A stretch of DNA of 64,000 nt from an uncultured virus (IMG/VR IMGVR_UViG_3300028844_004234) (Duplodnaviria; Heunggongvirae; Uroviricota; Caudoviricetes): the IMG/VR virus record IMGVR_UViG_3300028844_004234; one strand, 5' to 3'. A program made the position numbers and the translations under genes. The notes below the pieces were generated by a model. That model did no database searches, had not been told where the DNA came from, and saw nothing but the letters and a program-made list of their open reading frames with translations. This document shows positions 1 through 10,900 of the stretch, piece by piece. Within the stretch, counting starts at the first letter, position 1, and every line of letters begins with the position of its first letter.

Positions 1-38
1 AAAAAAACGGGATGGTAATCATCCCGTTTTTTTTTTTT
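1..38. terminator. Rho-independent terminator, probably bidirectional
   Basis: A7-CGGGATG gtaat CATCCCG-T12. Confidence 0.85.
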
Positions 39-72
39 ATGAGTCACACTGAAATTACAGTACATGGAACCC

Positions 73-78
73 TAAATA
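73..78 (+). promoter_or_regulatory. T4-type late promoter core TAAATA (one of many)
   Basis: The same hexamer precedes structural genes. Plus strand: 407, 4952, 7890, 13456, 13593, 14511, 17543, 19843, 21748, 44230, 55363, 57037, 58775, 58807. Minus strand: 17510, 18876, 19610, 21810, 28867, 52056, 58794. It resembles T4 TATAAATA. Confidence 0.7.
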
Positions 79-112
79 TAACAAAATATTAAATTATAAA
101 GAGGTAAATATT

Positions 113-397
113 ATGCCAGCGGTAACAAGAAAAACAGATATATGTACTGGACATGGGTGTTGGCCCCCGAGACCATCAATACAAGGCTCACCGAACGTAT
201 TTACGAATGATCTTGCCACTCATAGGGAAACAGACGATTGGGCGGTACACTGTTGCGTCTCTTGTCATGGAGGCAACCTAGCATCTGGTTCTTCTACAGT
301 CTATGTCAACAATCTTCAGATGGGCCGTATTGGAGATCCTGTAGACTGTGGCTCAAGTGTTGCAGAAGGGTCACCAAATGTTTTTTGTGGTGATTGA
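113..397 (+). CDS. PAAR spike-tip protein (T4 gp5.4-like)
   Basis: PAVTR..GH..PP..GSPNVF, GSSTVYVN..GRIGD; Cys/His metal ligands; RBS GAGG. Confidence 0.95.
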   Translation: MPAVTRKTDICTGHGCWPPRPSIQGSPNVFTNDLATHRETDDWAVHCCVSCHGGNLASGSSTVYVNNLQMGRIGDPVDCGSSVAEGSPNVFCGD

Positions 398-452
398 TTC
401 ACTCAATAAATAATATCGTAATAAACATAATGTGGTCTAAAGGTTATCTAGC

Positions 453-845
453 ATGAAACGCAACTACGTTTACAGTGATTTCACACCTCAGTTAAAGAAC
501 GATGGCATTGGTAATGTCAAAATACTATATGACATGGATGCAATCGAACAATCTATAAAAAATATTATGCTCACTGTACAGAACGAGCGAATAAGAAACC
601 CAATAGGTTCAAGTCTGGTTCAATTCTTATTCAGACCAATGAATAAAGATACTGTGAAGGCTATCAGAAATGAGATCAATCTTCTCATAACGAAGTGGGA
701 ACCTAGAGTGACAGTAACACGTTTGGTTGTTAGACCAAATTATGACCAGAATTATTATGAACTTGACATGACATTCCGTGTTAAATCATTAGGAAATGTT
801 CAAAAAAACTTTTCTACAAAGATCAGATCACTCATAGGTAACTAA
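453..845 (+). CDS. Baseplate wedge / sheath initiator, gp25-like
   Basis: AIEQSIKNI..ER..P.GS.L..LF, WEPRV. Confidence 0.9.
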   Translation: MKRNYVYSDFTPQLKNDGIGNVKILYDMDAIEQSIKNIMLTVQNERIRNPIGSSLVQFLFRPMNKDTVKAIRNEINLLITKWEPRVTVTRLVVRPNYDQNYYELDMTFRVKSLGNVQKNFSTKIRSLIGN

Positions 846-848
846 GAA

Positions 849-2927
849 ATGGATTATACACAATACGACTATCAGAGCCTTGTTTCTGAAATTACATCAA
901 GATTAGCAGAGAAAGAAGGTTGGGGTGAAGGCTATCAATCAACAACCGGTCAGATGCTTATTCAACTATTTGCTGATAGTACTGATGCCCTCATGTACAT
1001 GCTTGAGAGACGTGTACAAGAGGCTTTCATACCTACTGCACTGTTGGAGTCATCCATCTATGCACATGCCTCAGAGCTTGGTTATAGACCCCGTAGGACT
1101 GTATGCAACACCGGTACTGTAAGACTGAGCATCTCTGAGCCTGCAGAAGCAGATATCAATATACCAAAATATACCAAATTAACATATAACGGTGAATATG
1201 ATTTCGTTACGACAGAAAGTAAATTCATACCTGCGGGTGGTACATTTGTTGATATCCCGATCAAAGAGGGTAAACTTGTCACCCTGAAGATACAACCCGA
1301 TGATGAGAATCTTAATGAATTCGGTGACATAGTTATTGAAGACTACCTCAACATCGACCAGTATTCACTAGAAGTTGATGATAACGGTGAGAAGTATTTC
1401 GACGTTGAGGAGGCTGAAAACGATTTATACAACTACGGTTCATTGTCGTATGCAGGTAGCGAAGATACCGTTTACGATATCAAATATGGTGTTGATGGTA
1501 TGCGGATCGTTTTCGGTGATGATGTATTTGGTAGGTATCCAAAAGGAACTATCACCGTATCTTATATTGAAACAGGAGGTATGATAGACCCGATACTTTC
1601 TGATGGTATTGAGTTTTCGTTTGAAAAGGACTATCTGTATGATGAGAACACAGCAATCCCAAGGAAACAATATGAATACACTTTGGTCAACATAACACCA
1701 ATAAGAGGTTTCTCGGTTCATGAAAGTGTGGAGGAAATTGCACGAAATGCCCCTGAGTATGCACGGGCGAACAACAGGGCGGTAACGAAGTCAGACTATG
1801 AGTTCTGGGGAGTTCGTAGTGGTATAGGTGGTATCGTTGATGTCAGTGCATTCGGTGAAGAGGAATCCGGTTCTCTTATATTCAATATGAATAATGTCAT
1901 TATGACATACATCACCAGTGATGAGACGCCTATTAACACAGAACAAGAAATATCTTTTCGGACGTACATGAATCGATATGTCCCTTTGACAACTCATATT
2001 GTAGTTGACGAGGCCAAGAAGATAGAGGCTGTTCTTAATGTAAAATTTAAGAAAAACACCCAAGTCCCAATAACGCTGGAACAGGCATACATCGAAATAA
2101 AGTCTATGTTCGAGGAATATTTTAAAATCGAACGTGGTTCTATTGGCGGGGCACTGCAGCATTCTGAACTGGTCAAACATGTTCAAGAAAAAATTGTTGA
2201 AATCAATGGTGTTAAATATGAGCTTACTGATTTTGTCAAGATAGAGATCCAACCTCAATACGAATTGGATCTACCCCTTCCGTCGTACAATTTATATGTT
2301 TATCTTGACACAAATTACATACCGTCAAGCGGTGATGTGTTCTCTTTAGTAATAGATGATACACCTGTGTCAATAACAGTTTCAAGTGGTGATACTCAAG
2401 AAGACGTTGTTGGTAAGATGAGTAACGAAATCAAAAACAATCCAGCCTTTGAACTTCTAACAGCCATCGGTGTTAGTGGTAGTGGTGTTCAGTTTTTGAG
2501 AATACAGAGCAAATACCCAGATCAGGTTTTTTACATCGATACCAACGCAGGAACCATTGCAAATAGTGTAACAACAAACAAGAAACTCAAATTACCAGCA
2601 AGCAAGATCTATAACACAACATTGGAGGACATGATAGTACCAAGCTCTGTCAGTATAATTGACGAGGATGGTGTTGTTAAATTCCAAGATGATGGTAATG
2701 GTGTGATGGTGAGTATGACAGGTGGTGCATCGTTCACTATTGACTATAGAACAGCAGAGTTAATCAACCCATACGTTGAAGATACAACAAAAACCCATTA
2801 TGTCAGGTTCCAACAAGATGAGTTCCAGAACATTCAGGCTGCGAAAGATTCTGTTATTGTTCTTTCTAAATTTGCTGATTATATTGATGAAGACGATAAA
2901 TTCAGTAAGATTGAGTTTATTTCTTAA
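849..2927 (+). CDS. Baseplate wedge protein, gp6-like
   Basis: TA.LESS...A.ELGYRP, FGDDVFGRYP, ES.EEI..NAP....NRAVT..DY. Confidence 0.9.
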   Translation: MDYTQYDYQSLVSEITSRLAEKEGWGEGYQSTTGQMLIQLFADSTDALMYMLERRVQEAFIPTALLESSIYAHASELGYRPRRTVCNTGTVRLSISEPAEADINIPKYTKLTYNGEYDFVTTESKFIPAGGTFVDIPIKEGKLVTLKIQPDDENLNEFGDIVIEDYLNIDQYSLEVDDNGEKYFDVEEAENDLYNYGSLSYAGSEDTVYDIKYGVDGMRIVFGDDVFGRYPKGTITVSYIETGGMIDPILSDGIEFSFEKDYLYDENTAIPRKQYEYTLVNITPIRGFSVHESVEEIARNAPEYARANNRAVTKSDYEFWGVRSGIGGIVDVSAFGEEESGSLIFNMNNVIMTYITSDETPINTEQEISFRTYMNRYVPLTTHIVVDEAKKIEAVLNVKFKKNTQVPITLEQAYIEIKSMFEEYFKIERGSIGGALQHSELVKHVQEKIVEINGVKYELTDFVKIEIQPQYELDLPLPSYNLYVYLDTNYIPSSGDVFSLVIDDTPVSITVSSGDTQEDVVGKMSNEIKNNPAFELLTAIGVSGSGVQFLRIQSKYPDQVFYIDTNAGTIANSVTTNKKLKLPASKIYNTTLEDMIVPSSVSIIDEDGVVKFQDDGNGVMVSMTGGASFTIDYRTAELINPYVEDTTKTHYVRFQQDEFQNIQAAKDSVIVLSKFADYIDEDDKFSKIEFIS

Positions 2928-2938
2928 AGGAGTTTATA

Positions 2939-4945
2939 ATGGGTCTATGGGAAAATAACCTACCTACCAGAGTTCCAGAGTATCTACAAGGAGAACCATA
3001 CCTCGAAGAATATCTTGAAGTGTGTGGTTCCATCTATGATAAAATGGTAGATACTATTAAAGAACATGATGTATACAAAGATTATAAGAGAGTGCCTCAG
3101 CAGCGCCTCAGTCTCCTTGCCCGTAGGTTTGCTTTTGAGCCAACTGCACCACTACCAGACGACACCGTACGTGGTATCATTCGTGATATATCTGTTATAT
3201 ATAAGACCCGTGGCATCGAAGAATCGATTAAATGGGTTTTTAAGATACTGTCATGGGATGCTAAAATTGAATATGCATGGTTACCAGATCCAGAAAGGTT
3301 TGATGATCGACTTTCTGACGTTTATGAGAGTGAATATGGGGATGATGACCCTCTCGGTAAGGATGCTGAATACAACATAAGAATAGATGACCCGTATCGA
3401 ATAAATGACAAGCAGCCGATATTTCACCTTGACTCTGACTTTATTTTTACAGATTATTTGAAAATCGGAACAAATGACCTGTTATATGTTGGTATTGGTG
3501 ATGCGTATTCTCCCACACCGATAGCCCCAGTTGACCCAGATTATATTGAAAATCTCGACTATCGAGAGTTTTTATATGGTAAAGCTCACACAGGTGACGA
3601 CGGTACATATTTCACAGGTCGGTGGTTTTTTGAGGACTACGACTCTGCACAGAATCTGAGAATCATAGGTGAACGCTACGACGAAAAGATAGCAAAGCGT
3701 AATGATCGAAGGGTTATGTCAACCCCATACATCGCAGTTAGGTTGTATGGTGAGAATTTTGAGAAGTTTACACAACCGGTTGTTGATGACGACGGTAACG
3801 TGTACTCATATACTGAAACAGAAAAATATCGGGTTGCTAATCTGTTGATACAATATTTGTTCCATGATCTGATGCGCCCCGCAAACGTGAAGGTTCTTTT
3901 GTTTTCACAGGAATCACCACCACCAGATCCAGACAACCCAGACGACCCAAGAAACATGGTTGAGGGTTTTGTTATCGGTGGGGATGTATTAACTCAGACG
4001 TCATATGGTTATCCTGATAATCATAAAACTGTCATTGAGATAAAAGAGGATTTGGAAGGAACCGGTGTTGATGAAACTTCAGATTTTTTCGATTCATATG
4101 ATTCTGAATTTAGAATTGGTGAAGATTTGCAGGTTTCTGACGGTTCAACAGACCCACAAACAGATACCGGTGATGGGGTATCGATGACGGATGAGATATC
4201 TCAGACAGAAACAGTTAACCAGTTAAGCGAATCCCATCTATTCGGAAGTGGTGAGATTGGTGGTTTTTATGACCCGTCGGATCTATCAACAATGTGGAAA
4301 GATGTGGCTGGTACTATTGCGGTAACCAGTAACGGTGACAGTGTTGCTAGGATTGATGACAAGAGTGGAAACGGGTATCACCTTGTACAATCAGACACAA
4401 GCAAACAACCGACATATAACACGGATGGCACTTTACATTGGCTTACATTTGATGGTGTCGACGATTGTTTGTCGTGTGGGTCCGTATCTCTTGGTGGTGA
4501 GGCTCTTGTCTGTATTGGTATTGAAAAGACCGGTGACACCTCTCAGTCAGTTGTTGAATTGACAGATGACCCAACCCACACAGATGGGTCACTATATGTC
4601 TCAATTGACAGTACGAACATATATACGTTCGGTTCAAAAGGTACATCTGGTTCAACAGAAATATATGGTGGAACAAGCGGTGCCAACAAAGGATATTTCT
4701 TGTTTGATGTAGATCTTGTTAACAACAACAGTGAACTAACAATCAATGGTAGTTCGACTGCAACAGATCTGACTGACACAGGGACAAATTCCTTCGCTTC
4801 AGCAGCAGCGTTAAACGTTGGTGCTCGTGGGGGGACAAGTAACCAGTTTGGCGGAAAGATCTTTGGTCTCGTTGTAAGAGATTCGAAATCCGGTGTATAC
4901 AAAGAACATATTAACGACTGGTTAGATAAAATAACCAATGGCTAA
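2939..4945 (+). CDS. Baseplate wedge protein, gp7-like, with C-terminal beta-sandwich (LamG-like) domain
   Basis: IYKTRGIEESIK motif; RPANV; position after gp6; C-terminal DKSGNGYHLVQ...LTFDGVDD.L. Confidence 0.65.
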   Translation: MGLWENNLPTRVPEYLQGEPYLEEYLEVCGSIYDKMVDTIKEHDVYKDYKRVPQQRLSLLARRFAFEPTAPLPDDTVRGIIRDISVIYKTRGIEESIKWVFKILSWDAKIEYAWLPDPERFDDRLSDVYESEYGDDDPLGKDAEYNIRIDDPYRINDKQPIFHLDSDFIFTDYLKIGTNDLLYVGIGDAYSPTPIAPVDPDYIENLDYREFLYGKAHTGDDGTYFTGRWFFEDYDSAQNLRIIGERYDEKIAKRNDRRVMSTPYIAVRLYGENFEKFTQPVVDDDGNVYSYTETEKYRVANLLIQYLFHDLMRPANVKVLLFSQESPPPDPDNPDDPRNMVEGFVIGGDVLTQTSYGYPDNHKTVIEIKEDLEGTGVDETSDFFDSYDSEFRIGEDLQVSDGSTDPQTDTGDGVSMTDEISQTETVNQLSESHLFGSGEIGGFYDPSDLSTMWKDVAGTIAVTSNGDSVARIDDKSGNGYHLVQSDTSKQPTYNTDGTLHWLTFDGVDDCLSCGSVSLGGEALVCIGIEKTGDTSQSVVELTDDPTHTDGSLYVSIDSTNIYTFGSKGTSGSTEIYGGTSGANKGYFLFDVDLVNNNSELTINGSSTATDLTDTGTNSFASAAALNVGARGGTSNQFGGKIFGLVVRDSKSGVYKEHINDWLDKITNG

Positions 4946-4994
4946 AAGCATTAAATAAGTATATAGACTAATTATTATATAGGTGATTGGAAAC

Positions 4995-5540
4995 ATGAAT
5001 ATCGAAAAATCCAAATTTGGTCCCCACGGGCACCTCACAATGATTGCTCACACAAAAGACCCAAAGACAGGTGAAATAAAAAGTAGTGAAACTATTTTTG
5101 ACGAGGACAACGTAATCACCAATGAAGGTCTTGCAGAGGCAATGAAGAGACTGACATTCCCAGATGGTGACTCTAATGCCGTTGATGCATATGTATATAA
5201 CATCGTACTCGGTGACGATGTTGGTACTGGTACACTACTAGACCCACAAATTGCTGTCAGTTCTCTGAAATCAACAGACCAGAGCGTCGTATATGAGATC
5301 CCAAATTCTGATATCTCTTTTACATATACAACATCAACGGAATTGAAACTCGGTACAATGCTTAACGGTACATCAATCTTGGATACATATTTCCCGAATG
5401 ATGTGGATATGCGTTACACAAGTGCAACAATTCGGTTGAAAAATGGAAAGTCTCTTTCTTATAAGAGATTCCCAGTTAGGAGTCTTTCGCGTCTTGTTGA
5501 TATTGAAATTATCTGGACTCTAACTTTAGAACCAGCATAA
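4995..5540 (+). CDS. Putative baseplate/structural protein
   Basis: NVITNEG motif typical of baseplate proteins; late promoter at 4952; start ATG 4995 or GTG 4983. Confidence 0.5.
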   Translation: MNIEKSKFGPHGHLTMIAHTKDPKTGEIKSSETIFDEDNVITNEGLAEAMKRLTFPDGDSNAVDAYVYNIVLGDDVGTGTLLDPQIAVSSLKSTDQSVVYEIPNSDISFTYTTSTELKLGTMLNGTSILDTYFPNDVDMRYTSATIRLKNGKSLSYKRFPVRSLSRLVDIEIIWTLTLEPA

Positions 5541-5550
5541 GGAGTGTATT

Positions 5551-6651
5551 ATGCCTATCCTAGATCCAGTTGAGCTGTATAGTAACGGCGAATATATAAA
5601 TGAGGAGGTACTTAACAGACCTCTAAACCAGATGAACACTAATATCAACAAGATAAATTATCGTGTTGATACTTTGTTACAGGATGATATTGTCTCTGAG
5701 ACAGAAGGTTGGTCATCTTCAAAAATCAAATTTGAATTTGATAATTTTAGCCCAAATGTTTTCAATGACAACATCATCAGTCCTTACTTTGGTTGGTCAT
5801 CTCAGAAAATAGCAAGTTTGTTTTCTGGCGGAAGTGGAACCCCAACTCTGCTTGATCCTTTTGATGATAATATTGTCAGTACCGAGTATGGGTGGACAAG
5901 TTCAAAGATACGACTTGAGATTGATAAATGTTGTGCTGGTGGTGGTTCTGGTGGAACTGGTAGTTGAATAAGAACACCTTCTGCAATTTACCCACTTTCT
6001 GGTGACTCTAATGTACCACAGGGTGTAGAACTCCAAGCAACACCGTATTACCATTTCACCGCAGTATCAAGGAAGCACAGGGTATTCCAGATTGACTATT
6101 CTGATGGAACGTTCATCAACCCACTGTATGAGGTCTCTGAGAATTCCGATTCTCATGTAATCACCTATACACTCGAAACAGATAAGGTCTACAAGTGGCG
6201 TTGTAAAGATGTTGACGTTGAGGATGGTGAATCTGGTTGGTCAACACCACAGGTATTTAGTACCAACACAGATATATTAATACCAGCTCCGATTCTGAAG
6301 AGAGATGCGTTCACGGAATTACCATCAACGATGAACGAAACAGAAATTTTGTCTGTTCTCATTTCTAATTATGACCAACAGTACACATATAATGTGGAGT
6401 TGACAGGTGGTGTTAAGACAGGTGGACCAAGTGAGTATTCGTGGCAAATGCCAGAAGTGACAGAAGACACAGAGGTGACTATTTCTGCACAGGCAACAGA
6501 TGGGGATGGTAACTTTTCATCAACAACGACACACACTCTAACTGTATTGAATGTTGAAATGGCTGTGTCTGCTGATGACTTTATACAGGTTACTGACTAT
6601 CCACCGGCTGGGTCTTTTGACTGCCAGAGTTATGGATTCATTTATATCTAA
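5551..6651 (+). CDS. Tail-associated protein with Fn3/Ig-like domains, interrupted by a single in-frame TGA at 5965-5967
   Basis: ORFs 5551..5967 and 6331..6651 share a frame and 5968-6330 has no stop. The gap encodes IRTPSAIYP...YKWRCKD...GESGWSTPQVFST. The N-terminal part has three DDxI..S...GW(S/T)S.KI repeats. Confidence 0.7.
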
Positions 6652-6668
6652 ATTTCGGTGATTATAAA

Positions 6669-7892
6669 ATGCTAAAATCAATTGAAAAAGACGCTGTATT
6701 TTACAGTAAAATATTTAAACAGGAGGATGAAGACCTCGATTGGATGTCTTACAAACCTACTGTTAAGGCAAAACCGCCACAGATCAATATCCTACCTGAA
6801 ACTACTGCTGATACACTAGAAACAGATTCCTATATCTATGAAGGAATGCCTGCTATTTTTAATGACGGCACCACCCTAAAAGAAGGTGAAATTGTCAACG
6901 TTCAGGCTGTTGGTGGTGGGAGCGATGGGACTGTTAGCAGTATGGAGTATATGGTTCGGGGTCACTTGAAAAAGACTGTCGGGGTTGACTCCTCATTCCA
7001 ACATTCAAACACGGCATCTACCGGACCTGAATATCAAATAAATGATATTCAATTCAGTGGTGATGGTCGCACAATGTATCTTGCAAACACACTGGTTGAT
7101 GTTGTTGAAGGTGATGTTATTGAGTCATATTCATTATCAACACCGTTTGATACAAAAACCATGATTCTGTCATCCAGAAAAGAACTTTTGATGACACAAT
7201 GGGCATATGGGCCAAAGTCCATTGTTATTGATAGTGACGGTGGTGGTTTTTATCTGTTCTCAGGTAATGATTCATCTGGGAATAAAAATAGGATCTTGAG
7301 ATTTACCATGACAAACGGTGACATTACTACAGCAGAATTTGTTGGTATGTCCCCAGATTTAAAAGATCTGTTAGGTTCTACTGAGTTCACCGGTTATTCA
7401 CTCATAAAAGACAACTCTGGTGGTTTTTATGTCAGTGACATATATAGAGATGCCATTTTCAAATTTTCAGAATCAACAGAAGGTGACATAACAACTCTTT
7501 CTTACACAGGTACTAACTTGATTTTCTCCTCTATCTCAAGTATCAGTGTACCGATTACATTTCAAACTGATATGGAGTTTGGTGATTCTGGGAACAAATT
7601 GTATGTTTCTTCTTCATGGTATTTTTACCAATTTGATCTCAGTAGCCCATATGACATTTCTACGGCAGCAAAGAGCGGGGAGGTGTCTGTGAGGGACGAG
7701 ATTTTGGAAGGTGGAAGTGTGTGGTGCTTTACGATTTCTACTGACGGTTCTCGTCTGTTCCTCGCCAATGGTGTGGCAAGTGCACTAAACAGGAATGATA
7801 TCTATGAATTTTATTTTTCTGATGCTGGTAATTTCAACGCATCAGATGTTGTGATCCCTGCTAATGAATTTAATGCGCTTCGAATATACTAA
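6669..7892 (+). CDS. Tail appendage protein, divergent beta-propeller repeats
   Basis: FSGDGRTMY..YSLSTPFD, FGDSGNKLYV..YQFDLSSPYDISTA. Confidence 0.65.
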   Translation: MLKSIEKDAVFYSKIFKQEDEDLDWMSYKPTVKAKPPQINILPETTADTLETDSYIYEGMPAIFNDGTTLKEGEIVNVQAVGGGSDGTVSSMEYMVRGHLKKTVGVDSSFQHSNTASTGPEYQINDIQFSGDGRTMYLANTLVDVVEGDVIESYSLSTPFDTKTMILSSRKELLMTQWAYGPKSIVIDSDGGGFYLFSGNDSSGNKNRILRFTMTNGDITTAEFVGMSPDLKDLLGSTEFTGYSLIKDNSGGFYVSDIYRDAIFKFSESTEGDITTLSYTGTNLIFSSISSISVPITFQTDMEFGDSGNKLYVSSSWYFYQFDLSSPYDISTAAKSGEVSVRDEILEGGSVWCFTISTDGSRLFLANGVASALNRNDIYEFYFSDAGNFNASDVVIPANEFNALRIY

Positions 7893-7928
7893 ATATTTCA
7901 AATTGAATAAAGAAAGAGAGACAGTGTA

Positions 7929-10900
7929 ATGGCAGATAAGGCTTTTGTTCTTGGCGAAGATACCAGAACGATTTATGGTTTTAAGATGACTGAAAGTGAT
8001 GATGCATCTTCACTTGTATATGACGTTGGTAATAAACTCAGTGCCACATTCAGTGGGAGTATGATTACCGGAGGAGGTTTTAATCTTGGAGGTGGAGGTA
8101 GTGAGTTTGTTGGTGAGCTATCTACTGAATATGTTGAACAGATCGCATTCAGCCATGACGGAACCCGTTTTGCCTATGTTGATAGTAACGCAGTCATTCA
8201 CCAGTATGATGTTACAGTACCATGGGATCTGAACTCTGCATGGAACCACAAACAGACGGACATATCATCGCAATTACCCTCACTAGGAGCTTACAGTACT
8301 TATGGTATGGCATTTAGTACTGACGGTTTTAAGATGTATGTTACAGCCGATACTAGAGTTTTTCAGTTCGATCTCGCAGAAGAAGCAGACCCATCAACGG
8401 CAATATTTTCTAATATTTTGTTTGATGCGGGAAACGAACTGACTGGCGATTCTCTTGGCAGGTTTGAGAGTGAGGACGGTGATCCTGTAACAATACCTCT
8501 TGTTGAGAGTATTCAGTTTAAGCCTGACGGCACAAAGATGTACATTTCCGATTTCGGGGGGATGCGAGTTGTGGAATATTCTCTTTCAACCCCATTCGAT
8601 GTTGATACAGCGACACCAACAGGATTTGTTGTGGATCTATATAGTCTAACGGAAATACTACAAGCGGTAGAAGATTTTACAATAGGTTCAAATGGTACTA
8701 AGGCCGTTATGGTTGCGTCTTCTATGGTTGCAATTTTTGATCTATTGACACCTTGGGATTTATCAACTCTTACACTCTCACAAACAACAGAGCTTTATAA
8801 TGCTAATGTTGAATCTGGAGATTTGAACCAGTCTGCCATTTTCTCCACTGATGGTATGAATTTTTATATTTCAGGCTACTCAAAAGTCGTTAATTACCGT
8901 CTCAGTGCACCATTCGCGGTCGAGACTGGTGCTTCTGTTGTCTATGATGATGTTTCATTCTATGTTGGTGATGAAGAACTAACCCCACACGGCATGTCAT
9001 TCAACACAGATGGTACTAAAATGTTTGTTGTTGGGGGCACAAAAAGTGTTTATCAATATTCACTAAATGTACCATTTGATGTTTCGAGTGCTTCTTCACA
9101 ATCATTTTATGTTGGAGGAAATTCACGCTACGCGTCATTCAGCCCAGATGGTACTAAAATGTTTGTTCTTGGGATTTCTTCAGATAGTGTTCATCAATAT
9201 TCACTAAGTACTGCTTTTGATGTTTCGAGTGCCGTCTATGATGATATTTCATTCTATGTTGGTAATGAAGAAACAACCCCAATGAGTGTATCATTCAATG
9301 CAGATGGTACTAAAATGTTTATTGTTGGGGGTACTTGGGATACAAAAAGTGTTCATCAATATTCACTAAGTACTGCTTTTGATGTTTCGAGTGCCGTCTA
9401 TGATGATGTTTCATTCTATGTTGGTAGTGAAGCAATAAAACCATACGCCATGTCATTCAATACAGACGGTACTAAAATGTTTGTTCTTGGGAGTTCTGAT
9501 AGTGTTCATCAATATTCACTAAGTAATGCTTTTGATGTTTCTAGTGCCGCCTATGATGATGTTTCATTCTATGTTGGTGATGAAGACACAACCCCATACG
9601 CCATGTCATTCAATACAGACGGTACTAAAATGTTTGTTCTTGGGATTTCTTCAAAAAGTGTTCATCAATATTCACTAAGTAATGCTTTTGATGTTTCTAG
9701 TGCTGTTTATGATGATGTTTCATTCTATGTTGGTATAAACCCGTACGCCATGTCATTCAACACAGATGGTACTAAAATGTTTGTTCTTGGGAATAATACT
9801 GTTTATCAATTTTCATTAAATGCAGCATTTGATGTTTCGAGTGCTTCTTTACATTCATTCTATGTTGGTGATGAAGAAACAAACCCATACAGTGTATCAT
9901 TCAGCCCAGATGGCACTAAAATGTTTGTTCTTGGGATTTCTTCAAAAAGTGTTCATCAATATTCACTAAGTACTGCTTTTGATGTTTCGAGTGCCGTCTA
10001 TGATGATGTTTCATTCTATGTTGGTGATGAAGACACAAACCCATACGATGTATCATTCAGCCCAGATGGTACTAAAATGTTTCTTCTTGGGCGTTCTGAT
10101 AGTGTTTATCAATATTCACTAAGTGTACCATTTGATGTTTCTAGTGCCGTCTATGATGATGTTTCATTCTATGTTGGTAATGAAGAAACAAACCCATACA
10201 GTGTATCATTCAATACAGACGGTACTAAAATGTTTGTTCTTGGGAATAATAGTGTTCATCAATATTCACTAAGTACTGCTTTTGATGTTTCTAGTGCTGT
10301 TTATGATGATGTTTCATTCTATGTTGGTAGTGAAGCAATAAACCCATACGCCATGTCATTCAATACAGACGGTACTAAAATGTTTGTTCTTGGGAGTTTT
10401 TCAAAAAGTGTTCATCAATATTCACTACCACCATCTGGAACAACAGTTAACATAGAAGAAGGACAGCCAAAGACATTTGACTTCTCAGAAGATGGGAAGA
10501 ACCTATATGTCTACGGTACAGAGAACAATTACGTTTACCATGCAAAACTGGAAATACCGTTCGATCTGAGGACTGCTGTTTTTGAACAAGAAGGGTATCA
10601 GACAGAGGATGAACTAGTTGACATGATCTTCAAGAAAGCCTCTGGTGCAAATTCACTATTCTTCCTGACAAAGGACAAAAAGGTCATTAGGGGCACCTTG
10701 TCTGGATCTGGTCTTCCGGTGAACATCACATCAGATGAATTTTCTATTGGTAGTGAAGTTTCATCACCGGAATCAATCGAGATGAATGATGATGGTACTC
10801 GATTCTATATACAAGACTCTGATGGTGTTCTACATGAATATGAAATGACGGTCGCGTTTGGCGTTAGTACTGGGTCTTATACAGGTGAAACTTATGAATT

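Noticed and set aside
5965..5967. Genome-wide TGA reassignment or selenocysteine
   Set aside because: TGA ends many genes normally, including ATGA overlaps at 29689, 49984 and 52372; no obvious SECIS-like hairpin follows this codon
8937..10427. CRISPR array or diversity-generating retroelement
   Set aside because: The repeats are in-frame coding units without unique spacers; there is no reverse transcriptase or cas gene in the window, and the variation includes indels rather than adenine-specific changes
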